Assembly (NCBI GenBank): GCA_030390025.1
Contig: JASTWF010000035.1
Span: 2,170,001 to 2,234,000 of the forward strand
Source of the DNA: Squalus acanthias
Taxonomy: Eukaryota
Direction: 5' to 3'
Length of the DNA stretch: 64,000 nt
Shown: piece by piece, positions 36,498 to 48,947 of the stretch
Layout of the letters: every line of letters begins with the position of its first letter
Numbering within the stretch: the stretch's first letter is position 1
Notes under the pieces: model-generated
Databases searched by the model: none
Told to the model about the DNA's origin: nothing
What the model saw: the letters and a program-made list of their open reading frames with translations, nothing else
Program-made: the position numbers and the translations under genes

Positions 36498-39400
36498 TGG
36501 ACAACCCCAACAGTGACAGACCGGAACGCCGTACTGCTGTCGTTGCCTGGGAGCTCAGACGTTTCGACATTGACATCGCCGCCCTAAGCGAGACCCGGCG
36601 GGCAGGGGAAGGCCAGCTCAAGGAGCAAGGCGGTGGTTACACCTTCTTCTGGAAAGCCAAACCTGAAGAAGAACGCTGTCTCCATGGGGTAGGCTTCGCC
36701 ATAAAAATGAGCTAGTTGAACATCTCAGAGACGCCCCTTGTGGAATAAACGAACGCCTCATGACTCTATGGCTCACCTGAGCCCGGAACCAGTGCGCTAC
36801 GGTCATCAGTACGTACGCCACAACACTGGAAGCCACAGACGAGACCAAAGAGGAATTCTACTCCAGCCTCGAACAATCCCTGTCCCGAGTCCCAACGGGC
36901 GACAAGCTGATCCTCCTTGGCGACTTTAACGCCAGAGTTGGAAAGGACACAGACCTCTGGGGAGGTGTGATCGGCAGAGAGGGGGTAGGGAAAGCCAACT
37001 CCAACGGTACCCTCCTCCTGACGAAATGCTTAGAACATGGCCTTGTCACAACCAACACCTTGTTCCGTCAGAGAGACAAGTACAAGGCTTCATGGCAGCA
37101 CCCTCGCTCCAAGCACTGGCATCTGCTGGACTACGTCATCGTCCGAGCGAGGGACCGCAAGGACGTCCGCATCACCCACGCCATGAGAGGAGCTGACGAC
37201 TGCTGGACAGACCACCGCCTAATCCGCTCTGTCATCTCCATCAACGTAGCCCCAAAACAGCGGCGGCAACAGAAGCAATGCCTCAGGAAAATCAACGCTG
37301 GAGCACTCAAAGACCCTGCTAAGAAAGCCCTATTCAGCCTGTGCCTCACAACCAACCTGACGACTCCCAGTGATTCAGAGACACAGTGTCCACAGCGCCT
37401 GGTCTGCACTCAAGGCCTCCATAATCAGCACCTGTGAAGAGACGCTCGGTCACTCAGACAGGAAACACCAAGACTCGTTCGACGAGAATGACCAGGAGAT
37501 CCAGGAGCTAATAATCCGCAAGCGCAAGGCATACCTGATCTGGAAACAGCAACAGAACTCAAGAGCAAGAAAGCAGCTCTACAGACGCCTGAAGACCGAG
37601 GTCCAACAAAAAGCTCACGACCTAAAGAACAGATGGTGGGTGCAGAAAGCACAGGAGATCCAGCAGCTAGCCGACAACCACGACGTGCGTGGGTTCTTTA
37701 GCGCAGTCAAGACCATCTGCGGCTCAAGCACCCAAGGCCCTACCCCACTGCGGGCCAAGAACAGAGAGGTACCCATCAAGGACAGAGAGGCAGTCAGTGC
37801 CCACTGGAAGGAGCACTTCGAAGATCTCCTTAACCGAAACTCTGTCTTCGACGCGAGTGTCCTCAACTCCATCCCGCAGCATGCTAGCCGCCACCATCTC
37901 AACACAACCCCAGCCCGGCATGAGGTTGAAAAAGCCATCCGACAACTGAAGAACAACAAGGCCTCAGGAGCAGATGGAAATCCCGCCGAAGTGCTAAAAC
38001 ATGGTGGAGAAGCACTAATGGCGCGAATACATGTACTCATTTCTCTTATTTGGAAGGAGGAGAGCATGCCAGGGGATCTCAGAGATGCCGTAATCGTGAC
38101 CATCTTCGAGAAAGGTGACAAGTCCGATTGCGATAATTACAGAGAAGTCTCCCTGCTGTCTGCCACAGAGAAAGTTATCGCATGAATCCTCCTCAATCGC
38201 CTTCTCCCAGTGGCTGAAGAGCTCCTCCCAGAGTCGCAATTCCACCCACTAAGGGGCACAATGGACATGATCTTCACCGCGCGTCAACTACAAGAGAAAT
38301 GCAGGGAACAGCACCAACCGCTGTACATGGCCTTCTTTGATCTCACAAAGGCCTTCGACACCGTCAACTGTGAGGAATTATTGAGTGTCCTCCTCAAATT
38401 CGGCTGCCTTCAAAAGTTTGTCACCATTCTCCGCCTGCTTCACGACAACATGCAAGCCGTGATCCTGACCAACAGATCCACCACAGACCCAATTCACGTA
38501 TGGACCGGGGTCAAGCAAGGCTGTGTCATCGCACCAACGCTCTTCTCGATCTTCCTGGCTGCAATGCTCCATCTCACCCTCAGTAAGCTCCCTGCTGGAG
38601 TGGAGCTAATCTACAGAACAAACGGGAAACTGTTCAACCTCCGTCGTCTTCAGTCCAGATCCAAGGTCGTCCCATGCTCTCTCATCGAATTACAGTATGC
38701 AGACGATGCTTGCGTCTGCGCACACTCTGAGGTCGAAATCCAAACCATCGTCAACACCTTCACTGAAGCGTACGAGAGCATGGGCCTGACACTAAACATC
38801 CGTAAGACAAAGGTCGTCTACCAACCTGCCCCCACCACACAGTACTGCTCCCCGATTATTAAAATCCATGACGAGGCCTTGGACAACGTGGACCACTTTC
38901 CATCCCTCGGGAGCCTACTGTCAACAAGGGCAGACGTCGATGACGAAGTCTAACACTGCCTTCAGTGTGCCAGTGCAGCCTTCGGTCACCTGAGGAAGAG
39001 AGTGTTTGAAGACCAGGACCTCAAAACCAGCACCAAGCTCATGGTCTACAGAGCAGTAGTGATACCCGCCCTGCCTGTATGCCTCAGAGACATGGACCAT
39101 GTACAGCAGGCACCTCAAAGCACTGGAGAGGTACCACCAACGCTGCCTCCGCAAGATCCTGCAAATCCATTGGCAGGATAGGCGCACCAACGTCAGTGTT
39201 CTCACTCAGGCCAACATCCCCAGCATCGAAGCTTTGACCACGCTCGATTAGCTCCGATGGATGGGCCACATTGTCCGCATGCCCGATACGAGATTCCCAA
39301 AACAAGCGCTCTACTCAGAGCTCCAGCACGGCAAGAGAGCCCCAGGTGGGCAGAGGAAACGCTTCAAGGACACCCTCAAAGCCTCCTTGAAAAAGTGCAA

Positions 39401-39702
39401 CATCCCCACCGACACCTGGGAATCCCTGGCCCAAGACCGCACAAAGTGGAGGAGGAGCATCGGAAAGGCGCCGAACACCTCGAGTTTCTTCACCGGGAGC
39501 AAGCGGAAGCCAAGCGCAAGTAGCGGAAGGAGCGCAGGTCAACCCAAGGACCCCACCCACCCGCCCCTTCAACCACCGTCTGCCCCACCTGTGACAGAGA
39601 CTGTAGGTCCCGCATTGGACTGATCAGTCACCTGAGAACTCATTTTTAGTGTGGAAGCAAGTCATCCTCGGTTCCGAGGGACTGCCTAAAAAGAAGAGAA
39701 GA
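36498..39702 (+). mobile_element. Near full-length RTE LINE, multiple stops and frameshifts
   Basis: APE (ALSETR, LGDFNAR, WTDH), RT (DLTKAFD, GVKQGC, QYADD), C-terminal C-x2-C...H-x3-H finger, short A/G tail. Confidence 0.92.
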
Positions 39703-39727
39703 CAATCTCCTTAAAAGATTTTTTAGT

Positions 39728-39823
39728 GACCGACCCGCCTCCTGAGAGCGGATTGGTCGCCCGCTCCTGGCCCCCCATCCTGAGAGCGGATTGGTTGCCC
39801 AATCTTTGACCCGCCTGCTCAGA
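39728..39823. repeat. Diverged units of the 38-bp minisatellite
   Basis: CCTGAGAGCGGATTGGT repeated. Confidence 0.8.
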
Positions 39824-39939
39824 GAGAGATTACAAAATGCTACAGTTCAGAGGGACCTGGGGGTACTTGTACATGAAACACAAAAAGTTAGCATGCAGGT
39901 ACAGCAAGTAATCAAAAAGGCAAATGGAATAGAGTCTTT

Positions 39940-40832
39940 GGGGTAGAAATTAGGTCGCGCCCCATTTGGGGCGCAAATATCGTCTGGACGCAAATATTAG
40001 CGCCTGGCGCTAATTATCGGCACTGACTGGAAACTTCACTTTTACCGCCCCGGGAGGTGAGTGGAGCGCTAAAGCAGGCGCTGCACAACTGTCTTAAGGC
40101 GCAAAGGCCAAGGAGTGAGGCGCTAACTCAGAGCGCTGGCGAAGCTCATGTGATGTCAGTCAGCAATGGAACACACACACAATGGCACGGGCCAGTTCTT
40201 AAAGGGGATGGTTAATCTTGCTTTCCATCCACATCCTGTTCATTGCAGCCTTGAATCTCGGCCTGGAGAGACTTGCACATCAAATGTGCTGGAAAGAACA
40301 ATGGAGAGTACCAGGCAAAGAGCTCAGAGTGCAGCTCCCACAGTCTCTGCTAAATCGATACAAGGAATGGCAAATCAAAATGAACCTGCAAAGTGCTGCT
40401 CAGTACCCAAAACTCCTTCACACAACGTTGAATCTCTCCAGAAGTCTCTCCCTCTCTCTCTCAGAATGCGGAGTTCAAAAATGCCACGAACAATAAAAGA
40501 AAGGAAGAGGCCCCCTTTAAATAGCGCCCCCACCAGCCCCACAGCGATTGATAGCGTTCCAGTCTTCTGGTCGTTGGATGCGCCAGGCGGTAAGGCAGGG
40601 GGCGCCACTCAATTTCCGCTCCGGGGCGCCACAAGGGCATTGCACCATGGAATGACGTCACAATCTGCGCGCGCAGGTGGTCGCAGCGGTAAGTTTTAGC
40701 GCCGCCGCACAATCTCTAGTTAAGTTCTCGAGCGGCGCAAACATCGCTGCGCCCGGGCGTTAGCGGCTTTGCGCCCCATTAGCTCCCTCTTAAGGCGCGA
40801 ACGGGAGGCGCAACCAACTGAATTTTTACCCC
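39940..40832. mobile_element. GC-rich MITE 1 (PIF/Harbinger-like TIRs)
   Basis: Termini GGGGTAGAAATT and AATTTTTACCCC; no transposase; subterminal sequence shared with MITE 2. Confidence 0.7.
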
Positions 40833-40843
40833 ATAGAGTCATA

Positions 40844-41616
40844 GGGGTAAAAATTGAGTCGCGCCCCATTTGGGGCGCTAACCTCGCCGGGGCGCGACTT
40901 TTAGCGCCCCGAAAAAATTAGCGGCCCCGCGCCGGAACTTCAGTGGTTGCGCCCCAAGAGGGAAGCGGGGCGCAACTGGAAGCACCCCGCATCCCTCTTG
41001 GGGCGCTGCGAGTGAATATCCTGGCGCTACGTGCCGCAGCGCCACGCGCTGCGGCACGTCGCGCCGCGGTATTGCAGGCCTTCCTCCCCTTCTTAAAGGG
41101 GAGGGGCCTTGCGCAGCGCGAACCGGGGCCCAGCTGGGCTCCCAGGGATCGGGAGTGCCGGCAAAAGAGCCCGGCACTCAAGAGAAGTGCCGGGCTCTTG
41201 GAGCGCAGCCGGCACTTCACGGTGGGGGGGCTTCACGGGGGCCGGGGACAGCAACGGGGGCAGGTGCTGGCAGGCGGCCAGCAACAAAAATGGCCGCCTG
41301 CCACCTCCCCTTTAAATATCGCCGCCCCGGCCGCACGTACGCCCCCCTGAACCCGTCGGACATAGCGTCTGGCGGTAAATCAGGGGGCGCGACTGAAGAT
41401 CACGGCCGGGGCGCGAGCGGGGCGCTGCGCACGGCGATGACGTCATCGCCGGCGGCGCAGCGCCACAGGGCGCTACCGGCTGCCGCCGCCGCTAACCTCC
41501 CACTAAATTTTTCGGGAGGCGTGGGCGGCGCTGCGCCCGGGCGTTAGCTGCTTTACGCCCCATTAGCGCCCATTTAAGGCGCTAACGGGAGGCGCAAGCA
41601 GCTGAATTTTTCCCCC
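40844..41616. mobile_element. GC-rich MITE 2 with 3-bp ATA target-site duplication
   Basis: ATA|GGGGTAAAAATT ... AATTTTTCCCCC|ATA. Confidence 0.75.
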
Positions 41617-42992
41617 ATAGAGTTATACAGCACAGAAAGAGGCCCTTCGGCCCATCGTGTCTGCGCTGGCCATCAAGCCCTATCTATTCTAATCCCATTT
41701 TCCAGCACTTGGTCCGTAGCCTTGTATGCTATGGTGTTTCAAGTGCTCATCTAAATGCTTCTTGAATGTTGAGAGGGTTCCTGCCTCTACCACCCTTTCA
41801 GGCAGTGAGTTCCAGATTCCAACCACCCTCTGGGTGAAAACGTTTTTCCTCAAATCCCCTCTAAACTTCCTGCCCCTTACCTTGAAACTATGACCCCTGG
41901 TTATTGACCCCTCTACTAAGGGGAAAATTTCCTTTCTATCTATCCTATCTATGCCCCTCATAATTTTGTACACCTCAATCAGGTCCCCCCTCAGCCTTCT
42001 CTGCTCTAAGGAAAACAACCCCAGCCTGTCCAGTCTCTCTTCATAGCTGAAGCGCTCCAGCCCAGGTAACATCCTGGTGAATCTCCTCTGCACCCTCTCC
42101 AATGCAATCACATCCTTCCTATAGTGTGGCGACCAGAACTGCACACAGTATTCCAGCTGTGGCCTAACTAGCGTTTTGTACAGCTCCATCATAACCTCCC
42201 TGCTCTTATATTCTATGCCTCAGCTAATGAAGGCAAGTATCCCATATGCCTTTTTAACCACCTTATCTACCTGTCCTGCTGCCTTCAGGGATCTATGTAC
42301 ATGCACACCAAGGTCCCTCTGATCCTCTGTCCTTCCTAGGGTCCTACCATTCATTGTGTATTCCCTTGCCTTGTTAGTCCTCCCAAAATGCATCACCTCA
42401 CACTTTTCAGGGTTAAATTCCATTTGCCACTGATCTGCCCATCTGACCAACCCATCTATATCGTCCTGTAGCCTGAGGCTTCCCTCCTCGCTATTTACCA
42501 CTCCACCAATTTTCGTGTCATCTGCGAACTTACTGATCATACCTCCTACATTCATATCTAAATCATTAATGTACACTACAAACAGCAAGGGACCCAGCAC
42601 CGATCCCTGCAGTACACCACTGGACACAGGCTTCTAGTCACAAAAACAACCTTCGACCATCACCCTCTGCCTCCTGCCACTAAGCCAATTTTGGATCCAA
42701 TGTGCCAAATTGCCCTGGATCCTATGGGCTCTTACCTTCCTGACCAGTCTCCCATGCGGGACTTTGTCAAAAGCCTTACTGAAGTCCATGTAGACTACAT
42801 CAACTGCACTACCCTCATCCACACACCTAGTCACCCCCTCGAAAAATTCATACAAATTGGTTAGATATGATCTCCCCCTGACAAAGCCATGCTGACTATC
42901 CTTGATTAATCCTTGCCTCTCCAAGTGGAGGCTAATTCTGTCTCTCAGAATTTTTTCCAATAATTTCCCCACCACGGATGTTCGGCTCACTG
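41617..42992 (-). mobile_element. 5'-truncated CR1 whose (GACTCTAT)n tail extends to ~39929 around the MITEs
   Basis: Minus ORFs 42634-42990, 42220-42627 and 41689-42192 carry RT motifs. Confidence 0.9.
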
Positions 42993-43630
42993 GCCTTTAT
43001 TGCAAGGGGGTTGGAGTATAAAAGTAGGGGAGTCCTGCTACAACTGTACAGGGTATTGGTGAGACCACACCTTGAGTACTGCGTACAGTTTTGGTCTCCT
43101 TATTTAAGGAAGGATATACTTGCATTGGAGGCAGTTTAGAGACGATTCACTAGGTTAATTCCAGAGATGAGGGGAGTTGATTTATGAAGAAAGGTTGAGC
43201 AGGTTAGGCCTATACTCATTGGAGTTTAGAAGAATGAGAGGTGATCTTATTGAAACATATAAGATACTGAGGGGGCTCGACAAGGTAGATGCAGAGAGGA
43301 TGTTTCCCCTCGTGGGGGAATCTAGAACTCGGGGGCACAGTTTCAGAATAAAGGGTAGCCCTTTTAGAACTGAGATGAGGAGGAATTTCTTCTCTCAGAG
43401 GGTCGTAAATCTGTGGAATTCTCTGCCCCAGAGAGCTGTGGAGGCTGGGTCATTGAATACATTTAAGGTGGAGATAGACAGATTTTTGCAAGATGAGGGA
43501 GTGAAGGGTTATGGGGAGCGGGCAGGGAAGTGGCTTTGAGCCGAAGATCAGCCATGATCTTATTAAATGGCGGAGCAGGCTGGAGGGGCCAAGTGGCCTA
43601 TTCCTGCTCCTATTTCTTATGTTCTTATGT

Positions 43631-43960
43631 TGCTTAGAGCAGATTCGTCGACCAATCCTTGCAATCCTTGACCCGTCTCCTGAGAGCAGATTGGTCACCC
43701 GCTCCCCGACCCGCCCCCTCAGAGCGGATTGGTCGCCCGCTCGCTGACCCGCCTCCTGAGAGCGAATTGGTCACCCGCTCCCCTTCCCGCCTCCTGAGAG
43801 CGGATTGGTCACCCGCTCTCTACTCCGCCCCCTCAGAGCGAATTGGTCACCCGCTCCCCTTCCCGCCTCCTGAGAGCGGATTGGTTGCCCGGTGCCCGAC
43901 CCGCCTCCTGAGAGCGGATTGGTCACCCGCTGAGAGCCCAATCCTTGACCCGACTCCTGA
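43631..43960. repeat. 38-bp minisatellite, short block (~8 units)
   Basis: GAGCGGATTGGTC periodicity. Confidence 0.9.
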
Positions 43961-44910
43961 GAGTGTAATGTAGCCAAGTTTATGGCTGATACAAAGATAG
44001 GTGGGAAAGCAAGTTGTGCAGAGGACTCAAAGAACCTGCAAAGGGATATAGACAGGCTAAGTGAGTGGGCAAACATTTGGCAGATGGAGTATAATGTGGG
44101 AAAGTGCGAGGTTATCCACTTTGGCAGGAAAAATAAAAAAGCAAACTATTATTTAAATGGAGAGAGATTACAAAATGCTACAGTTCAGAGGGACCTGGGG
44201 GTCCTTGTGCATGAAACACAAAAAGTTAGCATGCAGGTACAGCAAGTAATCAAAAAGACAAATGGAATGTTGGCCTTTATTTCAAGGGGGTTGGAGTATA
44301 AAAGCAGGGAAGTCCTGCTACAACTGTACAGGGTATTGGTGAGACCACACCTTGAGTACTGCGTACAGTTTTGGTCTCCTTATTTAAGGAAGGATATACT
44401 TGCATTGGAGGCAGTTCAGATACGATTCACTCGGTTAATTCCAGAAATGAGGGGGTTGACTTATGAGGAAAGGTTGAGCAGGTTGGGCCTATACTTATTG
44501 GATTTTAGAAGAATGAGAGGTGATCTTATTGAAACATATAAGATACTGAGGGGGCTCGACAAGGTAGATGCAGAGAGGATGTTTCCCCTCATGGGGAAAT
44601 CTAGAACTCGGGGGCACAGTTTCAGAATAAAGGGTCGCCCTTTTAGAACTGAGATGAGGAGGAATTTCTTCTCTCAGAGGGTCGTAAATCTGTGGAATTC
44701 TCTGCCCCAGAGAGCCGTGGAGGCTGGGTCATTAAATATAGTTAAGGTGGAGATAGACAGATTTTTGCAAGATAAGGGAGTGAAGGGTTATGGGGAGCGG
44801 GCAGGGAAGTGGCTTTGAGCCCAAGATCAGCCATGATCTTATTAAATGGCGGAGCAGGCTGGAGGGGTCAAGTGGCCTATTCCTGCTCCTATTTCTTATG
44901 TTCTTATGTT
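43961..44910 (+). mobile_element. CR1 3' fragment with 3'UTR
   Basis: ORF 43982-44818; tail TTCTTATGTTCTTATG. Confidence 0.9.
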
Positions 44911-47900
44911 GCTTAGAGCGGATTGGTCGCCCAATCCTTGACCCGTCTCCTGAAAGTGGATTGGTCGCCCGCTTCCCGACCCACCCCCTCAGAGCGGATT
45001 GGTCGCCCTCTCCCCGACCCGCCCCCTCAGAGCGGATTGGTCGCCCTCTCTCCGACCCACCCCCTCAGAGCGGATTGGTCGCCCTCTCCCCGCCCCGCCC
45101 CCTCAGAGCGGATTGGTCGCCCTCTCCCCGCCCCGCCCCCTCAGAGCGGATTGGTCGCCCTCTCCCCGCCCCGCCCCCTCAGAGCGGATTGGTCGTCTGC
45201 TCTCCGACCCGCCCCCTCAGAGCGGATTGGTCGCCCTCTCCCCGCCCCGCCCCCTCAGAGCGGATTGGTCGCCCTCTCCCCGCCCCGCCCCCTCAGAGCG
45301 GATTGGTCGTCTGCTCTCCGACCCGCCCCCTCAGAGCGGATTGGTCGCCCTCTCTCCGACCCACCCCCTCAGAGCGGATTGGTCGCCCTCTCCCCGCCCC
45401 GCCCCCTCAGAGCGGATTGGTCGCCCGCTCCCCGACCCGCCCCCTCAGAGCGGATTGGACGCCCTCTCCCCTACCCGCCCCCTCAGAGCGGATTGGACGC
45501 CCTCTCCCCTACCCGCCCCCTCAGAGCGGATTGGACGCCCTCTCCCCGCCCCGCCCCCTCAGAGCGGATTGGTCGTCCGCTCTCCGACCCGCCCCCTCAG
45601 AGCGGATTGGTCGTCCGCTCCCCGACCCGCCCCCTCAGAGCGGATTGGTCGTCCGCTCCCCGCCCCGCCCCCTCAGAGCGGATTGGTCACCCGCTCCCCG
45701 ACCCGCCCCCTCAGAGCGGATTGGACGCCCTCTCCCCTACCCGCCCCCTCAGAGCGGATTGGTCGCCCGCTCCCCGACCCGCCCCCTCAGAGCGGATTGG
45801 ACGCCCTCTCCCCGCCCCGCCCCCTCAGAGCGGATTGGTCGCCCTCTCCCCGACCCGCCCCCTCAGAGCGGATTGGTCGCCCTCTCCCCGACCCGCCCCC
45901 TCAGAGCGGATTGGTCGTCCGCTCTCCGACCCGCCCCCTCAGAGCGGATTGGACGCCCTCTCCCCGCCCCGCCCCCTCAGAGCGGATTGGTCGCCCTCTC
46001 CCCGACCCGCCCCCTCAGAGCGGATTGGACGCCCTCTCCCCGCCCCGCCCCCTCAGAGCGGATTGGTCGCCCTCTCCCCGACCCGCCCCCTCAGAGCGGA
46101 TTGGTCGCCCTCTCCCCGACCCGCCCCCTCAGAGCGGATTGGTCGCCCTCTCCCCGCCCCGCCCCCTCAGAGCGGATTGGTCGTCCGCTCTCCGACCCGC
46201 CCCCTCAGAGCGGATTGGTCGTCCGCTCTCCGACCCGCCCCCTCAGAGCGGATTGGTCACCCGCTCCCCGACCCGCCCACTCAGAGCGGATTGGTCACCC
46301 GCTCGCTGACCCGCCCCCTCAGAGCGGATTGGTCACCCGCTCGCTGACCCGCCCCCTCAGAGCGGATTGGTCGTCCGCTCTCCGACCCGCCCCCTCAGAG
46401 CGGATTGGACGCCCGCTCCCCGACCCGCCCCCTCAGAGCAGATTGGACGCCCTCTCCCCGCCCCGCCCCCTCAGAGCGGATTGGTCGTCCGCTCTCCGAC
46501 CCGCCCCCTCAGAGCGGATTGGTCACCCGCTCGCTGACCCGCCCCCTCAGAGCGGATTGGTCGCCCTCTCCCCGACCCGCCCCCTCAGAGCGGATTGGTC
46601 GCCCTCTCCCCGACCCGCCCACTCAGAGCGGATTGGTCGCCCTCTCCCCTACCCGCCCACTCAGAGCGGATTGGTCGCCCTCTCCCCGCCCCGCCCCCTC
46701 AGAGCGGATTGGTCGTCCGCTCTCCGACCCGCCCCCTCAGAGCGGATTGGTCGCCCTCTCCCCGACCCGCCCACTCAGAGCGGATTGGTCGTCCGCTCTC
46801 CGACCCGCCCCCTCAGAGCGGATTGGTCGCCCTCTCCCCGACCCGCCCCCTCAGAGCAGATTGGTCGCCCTCTCCCCGACCCGCCCCCTCAGAGCGGATT
46901 GGTCGCCCTCTCCCCGCCCCGCCCCCTCAGAGCGGATTGGTCGTCCGCTCTCCGACCCGCCCCCTCAGAGCGGATTGGTCGTCCGCTCTCCGACCCGCCC
47001 CCTCAGAGCGGATTGGTCGTCCGCTCTCCGACCCGCCCCCTCAGAGCGGATTGGTCACCCGCTCGCTGACCCGCCCCCTCAGAGCGGATTGGTCGCCCTC
47101 TCCCCGACCCGCCCACTCAGAGCGGATTGGTCGTCCGCTCTCCGACCCGCCCCCTCAGAGCGGATTGGTCGCCCGCTCCCCGACCCGCCCCCTCAGAGCG
47201 GATTGGACGCCCTCTCCCCGCCCCGCCCCCTCAGAGCGGATTGGTCACCCGCTCGCTGACCCGCCCCCTCAGAGCGGATTGGTCGCCCTCTCCCCGACCC
47301 GCCCACTCAGAGCGGATTGGTCGTCCGCTCTCCGCCCCGCCCCCTCAGAGCGGATTGGTCGTCTGCTCTCCGACCCGCCCCCTCAGAGCGGATTGGTCGC
47401 CCTCTCCCCGACCCGCCCACTCAGAGCGGATTGGTCACCCGCTCGCTGACCCGCCCCCTCAGAGCGGATTGGTCGCCCTCTCCCCGACCCGCCCACTCAG
47501 AGCGGATTGGTCTCCCTCTCCCTGACCCGCCCCCTCAGAGCGGATTGGTCACCCTCTCCCCGACCCGCCCACTCAGAGCGGATTGGTCGCCCTCTCCCCT
47601 ACCCGCCCCCTCAGAGCGGATTGGTCGCCCTCTCGCTGACCCGCCCCCTCAGAGCGGATTGGTCGCCCTCTCTCCGACCCGCCCCCTCAGAGCAGATTGG
47701 TCGCCCTCTCCCCTACCCGCCCCCTCAGAGCGGATTGGTCGTCCCTCTCTCCGACCCACTCCCTCAGAGCGGATTGGTCGCCCTCTCCCCGCCCCGCCCC
47801 CTCAGAGCGGATTGGTCGCCCTCTCCCCTACCCGCCCCCTCAGAGCGGATTGGTCGCCCTCTCCCCGCCCCGCCCCCTCAGAGCGGATTGGTCGTCCGCT

Positions 47901-47985
47901 CTCCGACCCGCCCCCTCAGAGCGGATTGGTCGCCCAATCGTCAACCCACCTCCTGAGGGCTGATTGGTCACCCAATCCCTGACAC
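44911..47985. repeat. 38-bp GC-rich minisatellite (CAGAGCGGATTGGTCGCCCTCTCCCCGACCCGCCCCCT), ~80 units
   Basis: Direct periodicity; strongly C-rich plus strand. Confidence 0.97.
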
Positions 47986-47994
47986 ACCTTGGTT

Positions 47995-48247
47995 TTCAGA
48001 TGAGATGTTAAACCAAGGCCCCGTCTGCTATCTCAAGAGGACATAAAAGATGCCATGGCACGATTTCGAAGAAGAGCTAGTGAGTTATCCCTGGTATCCT
48101 GGCCAATATTTATCCCTTAACCAACATCATTAAAACAGATTATCTGGTCATTATCACTTGTGTTTGTGGGAGCTTGCTGTGCGCAAATTGGCTGCCGTGT
48201 TTCCTACATTACAATAGCGACTTTGGGACGTCCGGTGGCCATGAAAG
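47995..48247 (+). mobile_element. Deu-domain SINE fragment (SacSINE1/AmnSINE1-like)
   Basis: GATGAGATGTTAAACC...CCTGGCCAATATTTATCCC...TTTGTGGGAGCTTGCTGTGCGCAAATTGGCTGCC; paralogous to 49509-49790. Confidence 0.75.
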
Positions 48248-48744
48248 TTTAAAACCAGAAGAGGGCGGGTTGGAGTCGGGTTTGAGAATTTTAAAATTTT
48301 TACTTTCCCTCCTGACCCCATCCATACATCCTTGCAAGTAATTCCCCCCTATGTGTCTGACTCTTGGTGCTCTGAAGGCAACTAGTGATGGGCAATAAAT
48401 ACAGATCTTAAAGAGTCGCCCACATCCCAAGATAAAATTTTAAAAATTCAGGTATGAGGTATGTGCAAGGTATTGATGGTTCAGAATTCCTGGCCGTGAA
48501 ACGGAACGGCTTTCTTGTGTCTCCGAGATTGTCAGCAAATTAGGGACAGTTTAGTGTTTGGGGAGAATATGGTCCTTATGGTCAGCTGTGAGAAGAAACT
48601 CTCATCCCATGTCTGGGCTGGTTTTTAACCCAGGCCCGAAGGTGAGCGAGCAGTGTTTAAGCTATGACATCACCCAGTCCCCCAACACCCTGCTTGTACC
48701 CAGACCTGCTCTGTATGGCACAGAGTGACCCAGTGAGACCTTAC

Positions 48745-48837
48745 TTTGCAGTTCTCACAGCAGGCACCAGTGGATGGACATTCTGCACCAGGTTTGAGTC
48801 TACAAGTCGATGCCTCACAGCAGGGGTCCGAACAGTC
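48745..48837 (-). CDS. ADAM15: ADAM-family metalloprotease exon, N-terminal half of disintegrin domain (DCSDPCCEASTCRLKPGAECPSTGACCENCK); ADAM15-like
   Basis: 93-bp open exon, phase 0/0, with acceptor TTTTACCCTCAG| and donor |GTAAGG on the minus strand. Cys spacing matches human ADAM15 [31 protein letters not shown] as recalled. ADAM family is near certain; the paralog assignment is tentative. Confidence 0.8.
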
Positions 48838-48947
48838 CTGAGGGTAAAACAAATACAGAAAATACCAGTTACTGAAGTGACATCTCAACATGGTAAGAGC
48901 AGCTTCAATGAATTCAAGACAAAGCATTTAAATGGAATCTCTGACTA

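Larger units (their letters stand above)
39824..43630 (+). mobile_element. CR1 3' fragment split by a 3-kb nested insertion (pieces 39824-39930 and 42991-43630)
   Basis: The joined pieces are near-identical to 44162-44910. Confidence 0.85.

Noticed and set aside
40166..41547. GC-rich ORFs or a host CpG-island promoter
   Set aside because: They lie inside TIR-bounded MITEs and show no recognisable domain.
44790..47982. Long Pro/Arg-rich ORFs (up to 759 aa)
   Set aside because: Open in all three plus frames only because the 38-bp unit lacks stops; starts in a CR1 3'UTR; no gene structure.
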